Below are positions 1-8,489 of a stretch of 17,215 nt of DNA, piece after piece (the first letter of the stretch is position 1; every line of letters starts with the position of its first letter). The position numbers and the translations under genes were made by a program. Under the pieces are notes generated by a model that was not told the origin of the DNA, did not search any database, and was given only the letters and a program-made list of their open reading frames with translations. This DNA is from Snowella sp. (lineage in GTDB: Bacteria > Cyanobacteriota > Cyanobacteriia > Cyanobacteriales > Microcystaceae): contig JAYKGY010000148.1 in assembly GCA_035285545.1 (NCBI GenBank), forward strand, positions 1-17,215. The letters are read 5' to 3'.

Positions 1-123
1 GACTCATTTGAGAGATAGTTATCCGAGCATTTGCTAGGGAAATAACCGTCCACCTAGCTAGTGAAGTTAGCGTTCGCTAAAATGTACCAATTTCGTTCCT
101 ATTGACTTTTCGGATAGGCTCTT

Positions 124-174
124 AATCCCCCCTAGTCCCCCTGAGTAAAGGGGGAAGTCGAAGAAAAGGGGATT
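124..174. repeat. Nested C-rich/G-rich inverted repeat of the cyanobacterial intergenic 'CCCCCT...AGGGGG' type; may also terminate argG transcription
   Basis: Inner arms TCCCCCT (136-142) / AGGGGGA (149-155); outer arms AATCCCC (124-130) / GGGGATT (168-174); ends 22 bp downstream of the argG stop. Confidence 0.6.
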
Positions 175-196
175 TATCTAGCTGCACATTAAAGGT

Positions 197-1399
197 TTAA
201 CCGCGAGTTTTTTGGGCCCAAACTTTGGTGGGAAGACCCCAAACGTAGATAAACCCTTCTGCGGCTTTGTGATCAAATTGATCGTCGGAGCCGTAGGTTG
301 CTAAATCTGGCTCGTAAATGGCGTAATCGGAGCTACGGCCAACAATGCGAGCATTGCCTTTAAAGAATTTGATACGGACTAAGCCGGTTACCCGTTCTTG
401 GGTTTTGAGGATAAAGGCATCCAGGGATTCTTTTAAGGGGCTATACCAGAGACCTTGGTAGATCAAATGGCTATAGGTTTCTTCAACCGATCGCTTGTAA
501 TGGGTGACATCTTTAGTCAGGGTTAAACTTTCGAGATCCCGATGGGCATCGATTAAAACCAATAAGGCAGGAGCTTCGTAAATTTCCCGTGATTTAATTC
601 CGACAACGCGGTTTTCAATCATATCTAGACGACCTACCCCATGTTTACCGGCAATCTCGTTTAAGTTGCTAATTAAAGTAACAGGGTCTAATTTTTGACC
701 ATTAAGGCCCACAGGAACGCCTTGTTCAAAGTTAATGTCAACATATTCAGGCTCATTGGGCGTGTCCGCGATCGCCTTGGTCATGAGATAGATTTCTTCC
801 GGCGGTTCGGTCATCGGATCTTCGAGGGGGCCCGCTTCGATACTGCGACCGAGTAAGTTGCGGTCAATACTATAGGGTGAAGACTTTTTAACGGGAGATT
901 CAACCCCAAATTTTTCTCCGTAGGCGATCGTTTCCTCCCGACTCATTCCCCATTCCCGTGCTGGTGCTAACACCTTGAGGTTGGGATTTAACGCCATAAT
1001 GCCCACATCAAACCGGACTTGATCGTTTCCCTTCCCGGTGCATCCATGCGCTACCGCATCGGCTCCGTATTTTTCTGCCGCTTCTACCAGCATTTTGGCG
1101 ATCAACGGACGGGCTAAAGCCGTAGAGAGAGGATAGCGATTTTCGTAGAGTGCATTGGCCTGAATCGACCGAAAGGCATAATCCCGCGCAAATTCTTCTT
1201 TTCCATCAATGACTAAGGATTCAACCGCACCACAGCGCAGGGCTTTTTCTTGGATAGGGCCGAGTTCATCGCCCTGCCCCAAATCGGCTGCTAAGGTAAT
1301 AATTTCTTTTACCCCCCACTCTTCTTTGAGGTAGGGAATACAAACGGAGGTATCAACGCCTCCAGAGTAAGCTAAGACAACTTTATTGGCACGACCCAT
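197..1399 (-). CDS. argG: Argininosuccinate synthase
   Basis: 400 aa with [36 protein letters not shown] and KSREIYEAP signature motifs. Confidence 0.98.
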   Translation of the reverse strand: MGRANKVVLAYSGGVDTSVCIPYLKEEWGVKEIITLAADLGQGDELGPIQEKALRCGAVESLVIDGKEEFARDYAFRSIQANALYENRYPLSTALARPLIAKMLVEAAEKYGADAVAHGCTGKGNDQVRFDVGIMALNPNLKVLAPAREWGMSREETIAYGEKFGVESPVKKSSPYSIDRNLLGRSIEAGPLEDPMTEPPEEIYLMTKAIADTPNEPEYVDINFEQGVPVGLNGQKLDPVTLISNLNEIAGKHGVGRLDMIENRVVGIKSREIYEAPALLVLIDAHRDLESLTLTKDVTHYKRSVEETYSHLIYQGLWYSPLKESLDAFILKTQERVTGLVRIKFFKGNARIVGRSSDYAIYEPDLATYGSDDQFDHKAAEGFIYVWGLPTKVWAQKTRG

Positions 1400-1519
1400 A
1401 AATGGTTTAACCCCAGAATAAGACTAACGGGCTATTGTATCAGGTCTGTTTAACATCAATGGTTAATGATGAACAGGAAACCCTGACCTTTTATGGAAAT
1501 TTCATACTGCCTGAAGGTT

Positions 1520-1542
1520 TAGGGAATGGATTCACCCCCTAC
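1520..1542 (-). repeat. Degenerate GTAG-type REP-like palindrome
   Basis: Minus strand reads GTAGGGGGTGAATCCATTCCCTA, an imperfect hairpin starting with GTAG, in an intergenic position. Confidence 0.35.
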
Positions 1543-1651
1543 GATAGATCCGAGTCGCAATTAAAAAATCTAGGATCAAAAGAATTTAGTCATTGAAATT
1601 TTTTATATTTTTGTATCAAGTATTATTCCACCGAGTAGGAGCTAAATCTAA

Positions 1652-2014
1652 TTAAGAGGCTTCTGGATCAGCACTGAAAAAGTTTTTAATTTGATCTAAG
1701 GCGTTTTTAAGATCTTTCCAAGAAAGCTTGAGTAGGGAAAAAATGCCCGTAAAAATCAATAAGGTACCAATTAAAAAATTATTATCGTAGAGATATAACC
1801 CGACTAAGACGATAAAATAGGGGGAGAGAATACCACTGATTTTTTCGACAACATTAACGATGTCGGGCTGATTGGTAATGGCCGTGATGGTTAACTCTGT
1901 ATCTTGATCTTTGATGTTAATCTCGCTTTTATCTCCACCTTGAGAAAATAAGACACTTTCTAAATCTAAATTTTCATTATTCTTTTCTGTATTTTTAGGA
2001 GATTGTCCAAACAT
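1652..2014 (-). CDS. Hypothetical small membrane protein
   Basis: 120 aa; polar N-terminus followed by two hydrophobic stretches (ILSPYFIVLVGLYLY, FLIGTLLIFTGIFSLL); purine-rich region upstream of the ATG. Confidence 0.75.
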   Translation of the reverse strand: MFGQSPKNTEKNNENLDLESVLFSQGGDKSEINIKDQDTELTITAITNQPDIVNVVEKISGILSPYFIVLVGLYLYDNNFLIGTLLIFTGIFSLLKLSWKDLKNALDQIKNFFSADPEAS

Positions 2015-2138
2015 TTGCTTTTCTCTCTATTTAATCTTTTTTAAAATGGATTTTATTCCAATCGTATTTAGGATTTGAGAATAATCTTAATCAACTATTA
2101 TAAAGCGGGGTTTAAAAAGCGGACAATTTTTATTGATT

Positions 2139-2699
2139 TTATCGAGCGGAAGCTGGACGATGGCGTAACTCAATCACATTTTTCTTAATGGTGACATCAT
2201 AATCTCCATAAAAACGCTGTCCTAAAAGTCCTGGTAATCCTAACTTTGGGGTGATTGAGACTTCAACATTATTTAAGGTTAATCCACCGGCTTGGAGTGA
2301 AGTTGCATAACCGACTTTACTTTCTACGACTCCGCCTGCGGTATGGGTCGTCATGGTCTCTTTTCCCACAAAAATCCCGATCGCCCGGGCCACTTCCGGG
2401 TTTAAAACAATCACGCTAGCTCCAGTATCAAACAGCATTTCCACAGTATGTTTGCCATTAAACACGACTTCAACGGTTGGGATGCCAGCAACGCGACGTT
2501 TAATAGGGATTTGGTAAAAATCTTTGGGAGCAACTTTTTTGGGGGATTGGGGTGAGCGATCGCCACAAAGAGAGCTTAAGTTAATTGACTGCCCGTTGGC
2601 TCCTTGAAGAAAGCAGGGATCTTGGCTCCAAACGGCAAAGGATAAGCAGGTTACTCCTAAACTGATTAAACTGATCAGACCGACTAGGCTATATTTCAT
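2139..2699 (-). CDS. Secreted retropepsin-like (clan AA) aspartic protease
   Basis: Signal-peptide-like N-terminus, a C...LSSLCG cysteine-pair segment, catalytic MLFDTGAS, and GLLGQRF near the C-terminus. Confidence 0.88.
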   Translation of the reverse strand: MKYSLVGLISLISLGVTCLSFAVWSQDPCFLQGANGQSINLSSLCGDRSPQSPKKVAPKDFYQIPIKRRVAGIPTVEVVFNGKHTVEMLFDTGASVIVLNPEVARAIGIFVGKETMTTHTAGGVVESKVGYATSLQAGGLTLNNVEVSITPKLGLPGLLGQRFYGDYDVTIKKNVIELRHRPASAR

Positions 2700-2805
2700 T
2701 GTTAATCATTGATTATCATTTTTTATGAGTTTTCCCATTAAGACCCATTCAGTATACATTTAAGCAAATTTTTTACGACTTTTTGAACTGGATAGAAGAT
2801 ATTTT

Positions 2806-3291
2806 ATGGATTTTTTAAGCAGCGATCGCATCCGACAAGGCTCTAGTAAAGATAGGCCCCACTTGATTAATTTTATGAATTTAGCCTATCAAGAATTATT
2901 TCCGAATCAACGAGATTTTAATCATTTAATCCAAACGGTTAATCAATATTTTTCCTCGGAAACTCCGCTTTGGTGGGTAGAAGCTGAAGGGAATCTATCT
3001 CCTACGCCGGCTTTAATTTTACCCATTGCGGGTCTCTGGATGGGGAATGCGATTGATCAAATTACCGGCGATCGCTATGCTCATATTTTCTTGCTTTACG
3101 TGGTTCCGGAATATCGTCGTCGTGGAATTGCTAAGGCTTTATTGCAACAGGCGCAGGATTGGGCAACGGCAAGAGGCGATCGCCAGATCGGGTTACATGT
3201 TTTTCCTCAAAATCAAGCAGCCATTAATTTATATCAACAATTTGGCTTTCAAACCCAATCGATTGCAATGCTTAAAAAAATTAATAGTTAA
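2806..3291 (+). CDS. GNAT family N-acetyltransferase
   Basis: Acetyl-CoA motif A (VVPEYRRRGIAKALL) and the C-terminal motif NQAAINLYQQFGF. Confidence 0.92.
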   Translation: MDFLSSDRIRQGSSKDRPHLINFMNLAYQELFPNQRDFNHLIQTVNQYFSSETPLWWVEAEGNLSPTPALILPIAGLWMGNAIDQITGDRYAHIFLLYVVPEYRRRGIAKALLQQAQDWATARGDRQIGLHVFPQNQAAINLYQQFGFQTQSIAMLKKINS

Positions 3292-3343
3292 TAGTTAATA
3301 GTTAATAGTTAATAGTTAATAGTTAATAGTTAATGGTCAATGA
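3281..3343. repeat. Heptamer tandem repeat (STRR-like): (TTAATAG)7 plus two degenerate units
   Basis: Seven perfect TTAATAG units at 3281-3329, then TTAATGG (3330-3336) and TCAATGA (3337-3343); fills the gap between two convergent genes. Confidence 0.97.
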
Positions 3344-4923
3344 AACCAATTTCGGTCGATATAATTACTTTTGGCATAGGGTTCTAGGGCATCTAAAATG
3401 CGGTTACCATAACTATAGGAATTGACCCGATTATCTAAAATGGTCACCACGCCTTGGGATTCTCTTAAGGGCATAACGGCTCGTTGAATGGCTTGCAATG
3501 CGGTGGGTAATAAATATTCTCGAAACCAATCTTGATGATGCTTTTTGTGATAGTTAACTCGGCTAACGACTAAGGGGTGCTCTAAGGAGGGTAAGGGTAA
3601 AGTGGCAATGATTAATAATTGGGGTAAGGGCAAATTTTCTTGATTGTCATGCCAAAATTCCCAGCCACTGATGAGAATGCTATTATGATTGATTTTGGTG
3701 TTTTCGACTTGAACTTTTGCCCCAAATTCAGCCGCTAAAATAGTTCCTAATTGGGCTTTTAGGGGCACATCATCTAAAAGAATAACAATATTATGATCAG
3801 GGGTCTCTAAACCCGTGGTTTGATTATGGGGATCATACAAATTGGATCTTTGAGCATAATCATAATTTAAATGAGTGTTTAAATTGGTTCGATTAACGGA
3901 TTTTAGCCATAGGGTACTTTGAATTAATTGATGAATTTGATCAAAAATAAAGTTTTTAAATTCTGGTGTATTAGGCGGTAATAAACGGTCGGGTAAATAA
4001 AGCTGAATTGATTGATTTTGACGGCTGGGCAAAAATTTTAAACATAATAAATCCCTTAAGCCGAGCATTTTACGAAAAATTTGGGCTTCTTTATCCACAT
4101 CTAAAAAACTGCCAATTAAAACTAAGGGCATTTGCCAACAATCTTGTAAGTAATGGGCTAAATTAATCGGGCTAATGTGTAGGCTAAATTTTCCGGTTTT
4201 GCGGTTAATTGTTGCCCATCGCAATTGATTTTCTTGATTGTCTTGCCAACCGTGCCAGAAGTTTTGAAAAGCAGGTGAAAAATGTTTGCTTTTCTCTAAA
4301 CGTTCCAATAAATAGCTTAAATATTCTTGTTCAGGTTGTTCTAATAAATAGCATTCGTAGGGATTTTGAGGATGTAGAAATAAAGCTTTGGTTAAATAAA
4401 TGCGGGTTTCTCGAATTAATTCCTGTTGTTGGGGAGCCGTTAACATTAACTGTTCCCAATCTTCCGTATTCAAGTTGAACGTTAAATAGTCTCTCGTCCA
4501 TTCCTCTAAAAAATCCGCCTGATCGATGATGGTTGGGATAGTGGCGGGAAATTGGCCGGTTTTATGGAAGCGATCGCTGAGCCAAACTTGGGGAGTTGTG
4601 AGGATCAAATGCTGACCGGAGACAGAGCTGTGATGTTGATTCAGCCACTGTAATAACTGAGGAATTTCAATCTTTTCGAGTTGTTCTTTGAAGCGATCGG
4701 GCACGACGAGCAAAAGCGGTTGCTCACTCAAGAGGGCGGGGAGTAAATAACTGAGATAGTAACGGGAAGGGGCAATTCCAGTCTGAATCAGGGCAGAGCG
4801 TTGCAATCGGAGCGCACGGGACACCAATCTCCCCATCGTTAAATGATGAGTCCAGAGGGGTTGGGCTTGTTGGCGCAAAAATTCCCTCAATGAATTGTGA
4901 ACTTGGGCTTCTAGCAGTCCCAT
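3337..4923 (-). CDS. DinG/YoaA-like helicase-family protein (helicase C-terminal domain) with degenerate ATPase motifs
   Basis: C-terminal LLIIATLPLPSLEHP...IQRAVMPLRESQGVVTILDNRVNSYSYG resembles DinG motifs V/VI; the Walker A/B equivalents read QTGIAPS and IIDQAD. Confidence 0.8.
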   Translation of the reverse strand: MGLLEAQVHNSLREFLRQQAQPLWTHHLTMGRLVSRALRLQRSALIQTGIAPSRYYLSYLLPALLSEQPLLLVVPDRFKEQLEKIEIPQLLQWLNQHHSSVSGQHLILTTPQVWLSDRFHKTGQFPATIPTIIDQADFLEEWTRDYLTFNLNTEDWEQLMLTAPQQQELIRETRIYLTKALFLHPQNPYECYLLEQPEQEYLSYLLERLEKSKHFSPAFQNFWHGWQDNQENQLRWATINRKTGKFSLHISPINLAHYLQDCWQMPLVLIGSFLDVDKEAQIFRKMLGLRDLLCLKFLPSRQNQSIQLYLPDRLLPPNTPEFKNFIFDQIHQLIQSTLWLKSVNRTNLNTHLNYDYAQRSNLYDPHNQTTGLETPDHNIVILLDDVPLKAQLGTILAAEFGAKVQVENTKINHNSILISGWEFWHDNQENLPLPQLLIIATLPLPSLEHPLVVSRVNYHKKHHQDWFREYLLPTALQAIQRAVMPLRESQGVVTILDNRVNSYSYGNRILDALEPYAKSNYIDRNWFH

Positions 4924-5316
4924 TAACCGTAATCAAACTCCTTGCCTGAGTGAAAGACCCTTCCATTGTCTGGCACATCCATCGTAATTGGCAAACTCGC
5001 CCGCGCAATCGTTCATCAGCAAGATTAATTTTTGTAGGATTGATTTTTTGGGAATATCTGTTTAATTTGTGTTAACGATAGAGATTGTTATTCCGAGTAG
5101 GTCTGTTTCAAATCATTCAAGATTTTTAGAAGTTTTAGTTTCATAACTGCTATTTTATTGAAATTTTAATTGTGTTTTATTTGGGTTAAAATTATGGAAG
5201 GAAATATCCTATAATGATTTAAGGAATAAACCCTTTCTCTGCAACCCTATCAAAATTGCAATAACTTAGTTTTCAAAAATTTAATTTAGAGTGATTAAAC
5301 GTTTGCGATACTTTCT

Positions 5317-6579
5317 ATGCGAAATCATCAATCGGTTCATCGTTGGGTTTTAGAAAATGGCATGACGGTTATTTTTGCCGAAAATCCAACGGCGGATTTG
5401 ATTGCAGGCAAGATTTTTCTCAAAAAAGCAGGGGCTTGCTGGGACTCACCAACAAAAGCAGGTTTATCCCATCTATTGGCCACCGTCATTACGAAAGGCA
5501 CTGAACGATTATCTTCGTTAGAAATTGCGGAGACTGTCGAATCCATTGGCGCGAGTTTAGGGGCTGATGCAGCCAGTGACTATTGGTTAATTAGTCTCAA
5601 AACCGTTTCGGCAGATTTTGCGGATATTTTGGCGTTAGTGGCAGAAATTTTACAGTATCCATCTTTCCCTGAAGCAGAGGTCGAACTCGAAAAGCGTCTG
5701 ACGTTGCAAACGATCCGTTCGCAGAAAGAACAACCGTTTAATGTTGCCTACAATCAATTGCGAGAAGCGATGTATGGCGAGCATCCCTATGGGGTTTCGA
5801 TTTTGGGGACAGAGGAAACGGTGGCAACACTCACACGGGAAGATTTATTGGCCTACCATCACGCCTATTTCCGTCCAGATAATATGGTGATCAGCCTGTC
5901 AGGGCGAATGCTTTTAGAGGAAGCGGTTCAGTTAATGGAGCAAACCTTTGGGCATTGGGCTATCCCGACGCGATCGCTGTTTACGCCTGTTTTGCCTCCC
6001 TTGGTCTCCCAACCCACTCAACGGATTACTCCCCAAGAAACCCAACAATCGATTATTATGCTGGGTTATCTAGGGGCAGGGGTCAAGCATGAGGACCATG
6101 CCGGTTTAAAGCTACTCAGTACCTATTTAGGGAATGGGCTTTCAAGCCGTTTATTTGTTGAATTACGGGAAAAGCGGGGATTAGCCTATGATGTTTCAGC
6201 TTTTTATCCCACTCGCTTAGAATTCTCTCAATTTGTTATGTATATTGGCACGGCTCCCCAGAATACCGCGATCGCGTTAGAGGGATTGCAAAAAGAAGCA
6301 GAACGGTTGTGTCATCAAGTATTATCTGCGGAAGAATTAACAGCGGCAAAGAATAAACTTTTAGGTCAATATGCGTTAGGGAAACAGACCAATGGCGAAA
6401 TTGCTCAATTATTTGGATGGTATGAAACCTTGGGTTTAGGGATTGAATATGATAGCCAATTCCAAGAAAATGTTGTCCAGATTTCTGTAGAAGAGGCTCA
6501 ACAAATCGCTCAAACTTATTTACAGGATGCTTATCTATCTATCGTCGGCCCGGCTGAAGCCGTTGAAGCCTATTGCTAA
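5317..6579 (+). CDS. M16 family peptidase (pitrilysin-like), probably a non-catalytic subunit
   Basis: LENG start, YGEHPYG and SSRLFVELREKRGLAYDV motifs; the HxxEH site reads HLLAT. Confidence 0.92.
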   Translation: MRNHQSVHRWVLENGMTVIFAENPTADLIAGKIFLKKAGACWDSPTKAGLSHLLATVITKGTERLSSLEIAETVESIGASLGADAASDYWLISLKTVSADFADILALVAEILQYPSFPEAEVELEKRLTLQTIRSQKEQPFNVAYNQLREAMYGEHPYGVSILGTEETVATLTREDLLAYHHAYFRPDNMVISLSGRMLLEEAVQLMEQTFGHWAIPTRSLFTPVLPPLVSQPTQRITPQETQQSIIMLGYLGAGVKHEDHAGLKLLSTYLGNGLSSRLFVELREKRGLAYDVSAFYPTRLEFSQFVMYIGTAPQNTAIALEGLQKEAERLCHQVLSAEELTAAKNKLLGQYALGKQTNGEIAQLFGWYETLGLGIEYDSQFQENVVQISVEEAQQIAQTYLQDAYLSIVGPAEAVEAYC

Positions 6580-6582
6580 CTT

Positions 6583-6630
6583 TTACGAATGTAAAATCTT
6601 GGATAAAAACTGTTGTGCCCTCGGCGATCG
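6583..6630 (-). pseudogene. Displaced 3' end ([15 protein letters not shown]) of the ABC ATPase gene; left direct repeat of the insert
   Basis: 43/48 nt identical to 7444-7491 and encodes the same 15 residues plus stop; all 5 differences are silent; similarity ends exactly at CGATCG. Confidence 0.93.
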
Positions 6631-6659
6631 TATTTTATTCTCAATCACAGAAAATACTA

Positions 6660-7037
6660 TTATTTATCTTTAAAATTGTCAAAAGGGTTAATAACTTTTA
6701 ATTGATTAATCCACTTAAAATCATCAATATTGCGTGTAACCAGCGTTAAATCACAAACTAAAGCTGTTCCTGCAATAATCGCATCTCCTAAAGACATTTT
6801 CTTGATTTGTTTGAGTTTCACAGCTTGATTAATTACATCCTGAGAAATGGGCAATATTTGAGAAGCATCAAAAAATTCTTCAAAATAGGCTTTATCTTCA
6901 TCAGTTAGTTTATGATAGCCTAATACTTCAAGACAAGAAAGCGCAGAAACACAAGGGGAATTTTCAGCAATAAATTCTCTTGAAAATTCGTTTTCAGCTT
7001 GAGCAGCATAAATAATAATATTGCTATCGATTAACAT
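6660..7037 (-). CDS. vapC: Type II toxin-antitoxin VapC-family PIN-domain ribonuclease
   Basis: 125 aa; LIDSNIII, LEVLG, SLGDAIIAGTAL and LVTRNIDDF provide the PIN acidic catalytic residues. Confidence 0.92.
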   Translation of the reverse strand: MLIDSNIIIYAAQAENEFSREFIAENSPCVSALSCLEVLGYHKLTDEDKAYFEEFFDASQILPISQDVINQAVKLKQIKKMSLGDAIIAGTALVCDLTLVTRNIDDFKWINQLKVINPFDNFKDK

Positions 7038-7040
7038 AGT

Positions 7041-7295
7041 TTAATCACGGTTAGGAAGGGATCGATCCTGGCGGCTTTCCTGTTGCCATTGAAGAGGATC
7101 AATTTTTGAAAACATATTATTTTCTGAAACTTTTTTTAGAGCTTCTGCCATTTTTTGCCCATTAGACTTAGCGATTTCAGTTTCTTCTAATAAAGTAATT
7201 TGAACTGCAATTGAATTATCGCAGTTAATATTGGGGGTTTCATTAAGCCATTGAACTCTATTTTGATTTAAAATAGCATTGTAAGTTTTTAACAT
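7041..7295 (-). CDS. Putative antitoxin for the adjacent VapC
   Basis: 84 aa, 3 bp upstream of the PIN gene on the same strand; C-terminal DPLQWQQESRQDR resembles PIN-associated antitoxins. Confidence 0.78.
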   Translation of the reverse strand: MLKTYNAILNQNRVQWLNETPNINCDNSIAVQITLLEETEIAKSNGQKMAEALKKVSENNMFSKIDPLQWQQESRQDRSLPNRD

Positions 7296-7358
7296 GATTT
7301 TTACTAGTTTTTGATAATTAACTAATCAAGATGTGACATATAAACTTCTACTAGAGTG

Positions 7359-7364
7359 ATTATA
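7359..7364 (-). promoter_or_regulatory. Probable -10 element of the TA operon
   Basis: Perfect TATAAT on the minus strand about 64 bp upstream of the antitoxin ATG; no clear -35 element. Confidence 0.45.
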
Positions 7365-7443
7365 AATTAAAACTTTCGCAACAAGCCCCAGAATATCCCT
7401 GGTTTTATTTGAAAATTAATTTTTTTATTTAAAAAGGCAAAAT

Positions 7444-8172
7444 TCAAGAATGCAAAATCTTAGATAGAAACTGTTGTGCCCTCGGCGATCGCGGACTATT
7501 GAAAAAATCATCCTTGGGTTGGTCTTCCACAATCGAGCCTTGATCCATAAAAATGACCCGATCTGCCACCTTGCGAGCAAAACCCATTTCATGAGTTACC
7601 ACCATCATCGTCATTCCTTCCTGAGCTAGCTCGATCATTACCTCTAACACTTCACTCACCATTTCAGGGTCAAGGGCTGAGGTGGGTTCATCAAATAACA
7701 TCACAATCGGATTCATGGCTAAGGCTCGCACGATCGCAACCCGTTGTTGTTGCCCACCCGATAGTTGCCCTGGATATTTTTGGGCTTGGGACTCTAAACC
7801 CACCCGTTTGAGGAGTTCCATTCCCTGTTGAATCGCTTCAGCTTTTGAGCGTTTTAAAATCTTAATTGGCCCAATGGTTAAATTTTCAATCACCGATAAG
7901 TGGGGAAATAGTTCAAAATGCTGGAATACCATTCCCACTCGCGATCGCAGTTTCGGTAGATTGGCCTTTAATTTCCCGACCGAAAGCTGATCAACTAAAA
8001 TTTCACCCTGTTGAAAACCCTCTAGCCCGTTAATACATTTAATGAGAGTGGACTTACCCGAACCGGATGGCCCGCAAATGACGACCACGTCTCCTTCATT
8101 GACCTGGGTGGTGCAATCTTTGAGAACTTGAAATTGGCCGTACCATTTGGAAACTTGATTAATTTCGATCAT
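7444..8172 (-). CDS. Polar amino acid ABC transporter ATP-binding protein (GltL/GlnQ family)
   Basis: GPSGSGKST Walker A, LSGGQQQR signature, [13 protein letters not shown]alker B/D-loop, [11 protein letters not shown]-loop. Confidence 0.96.
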   Translation of the reverse strand: MIEINQVSKWYGQFQVLKDCTTQVNEGDVVVICGPSGSGKSTLIKCINGLEGFQQGEILVDQLSVGKLKANLPKLRSRVGMVFQHFELFPHLSVIENLTIGPIKILKRSKAEAIQQGMELLKRVGLESQAQKYPGQLSGGQQQRVAIVRALAMNPIVMLFDEPTSALDPEMVSEVLEVMIELAQEGMTMMVVTHEMGFARKVADRVIFMDQGSIVEDQPKDDFFNSPRSPRAQQFLSKILHS

Positions 8173-8489
8173 GATTTCTCAGTAAATTTAGAACCTGATT
8201 CACCGTCAATAGCCTTTTTAATCCTATGCAAATCATAGTTTTAAATTAAGCTATGGTGGGAGTTAATGGCCCGTTTGATCGTTTTTAAGTAACGTCTTCT
8301 CGTGAAAGTGACTATTTTTAGCTCCTTAAATCTGGGGGGATAATTATCGGAGCGATTAAAGTTATCAATCTTAGAAAATTTTTGATCTCCTGCTGGAAAG
8401 TTATAGTAAATAATTGTGGCCCTGACCGCTCGCTTTAAATTTTATACTAATAGATAGTCAAGAAATACAGCCACGACTGAGGATACTTT

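Larger units (their letters stand above)
6631..7491 (-). mobile_element. 861-bp integrase-less insertion carrying a toxin-antitoxin pair, bounded by CGATCG/HIP1 and a 48-bp imperfect direct repeat
   Basis: Direct repeats at 6583-6630 and 7444-7491 (offset 861); AT-rich interior; no exact HIP1 in 6631-7484; contains only the TA genes, their promoter region and the replacement gene end. Confidence 0.8.

Noticed and set aside
1..7. Possible minus-strand gene start (ATG at position 7) leaving the window
   Set aside because: Only two codons are visible, so it cannot be supported.
3026..3298. 90-aa + strand ORF
   Set aside because: Out-of-frame overlap with the well-supported GNAT gene; no recognisable motifs.
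3281..3343. Tandem repeat as a CRISPR array
   Set aside because: 7-bp units with no spacers and no cas genes; no CRISPR array was seen anywhere in the window.
4209..4478. 89-aa + strand ORF
   Set aside because: Antisense shadow of the DinG-like gene.
4724..5008. 94-aa minus-strand ORF, plus a 19-aa uORF (4923-4982) whose stop overlaps the DinG-like ATG
   Set aside because: The long ORF overlaps the DinG-like gene out of frame. The uORF has no clear SD or recognisable sequence and cannot be supported without conservation data.
5006..5045. ATCGTTCATC resembling the 5' end of a glutamine (glnA) riboswitch
   Set aside because: The downstream CGGAAG core and closing stem are absent.
5337..5546. 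69-aa minus-strand ORF
   Set aside because: Antisense to the M16 peptidase gene.
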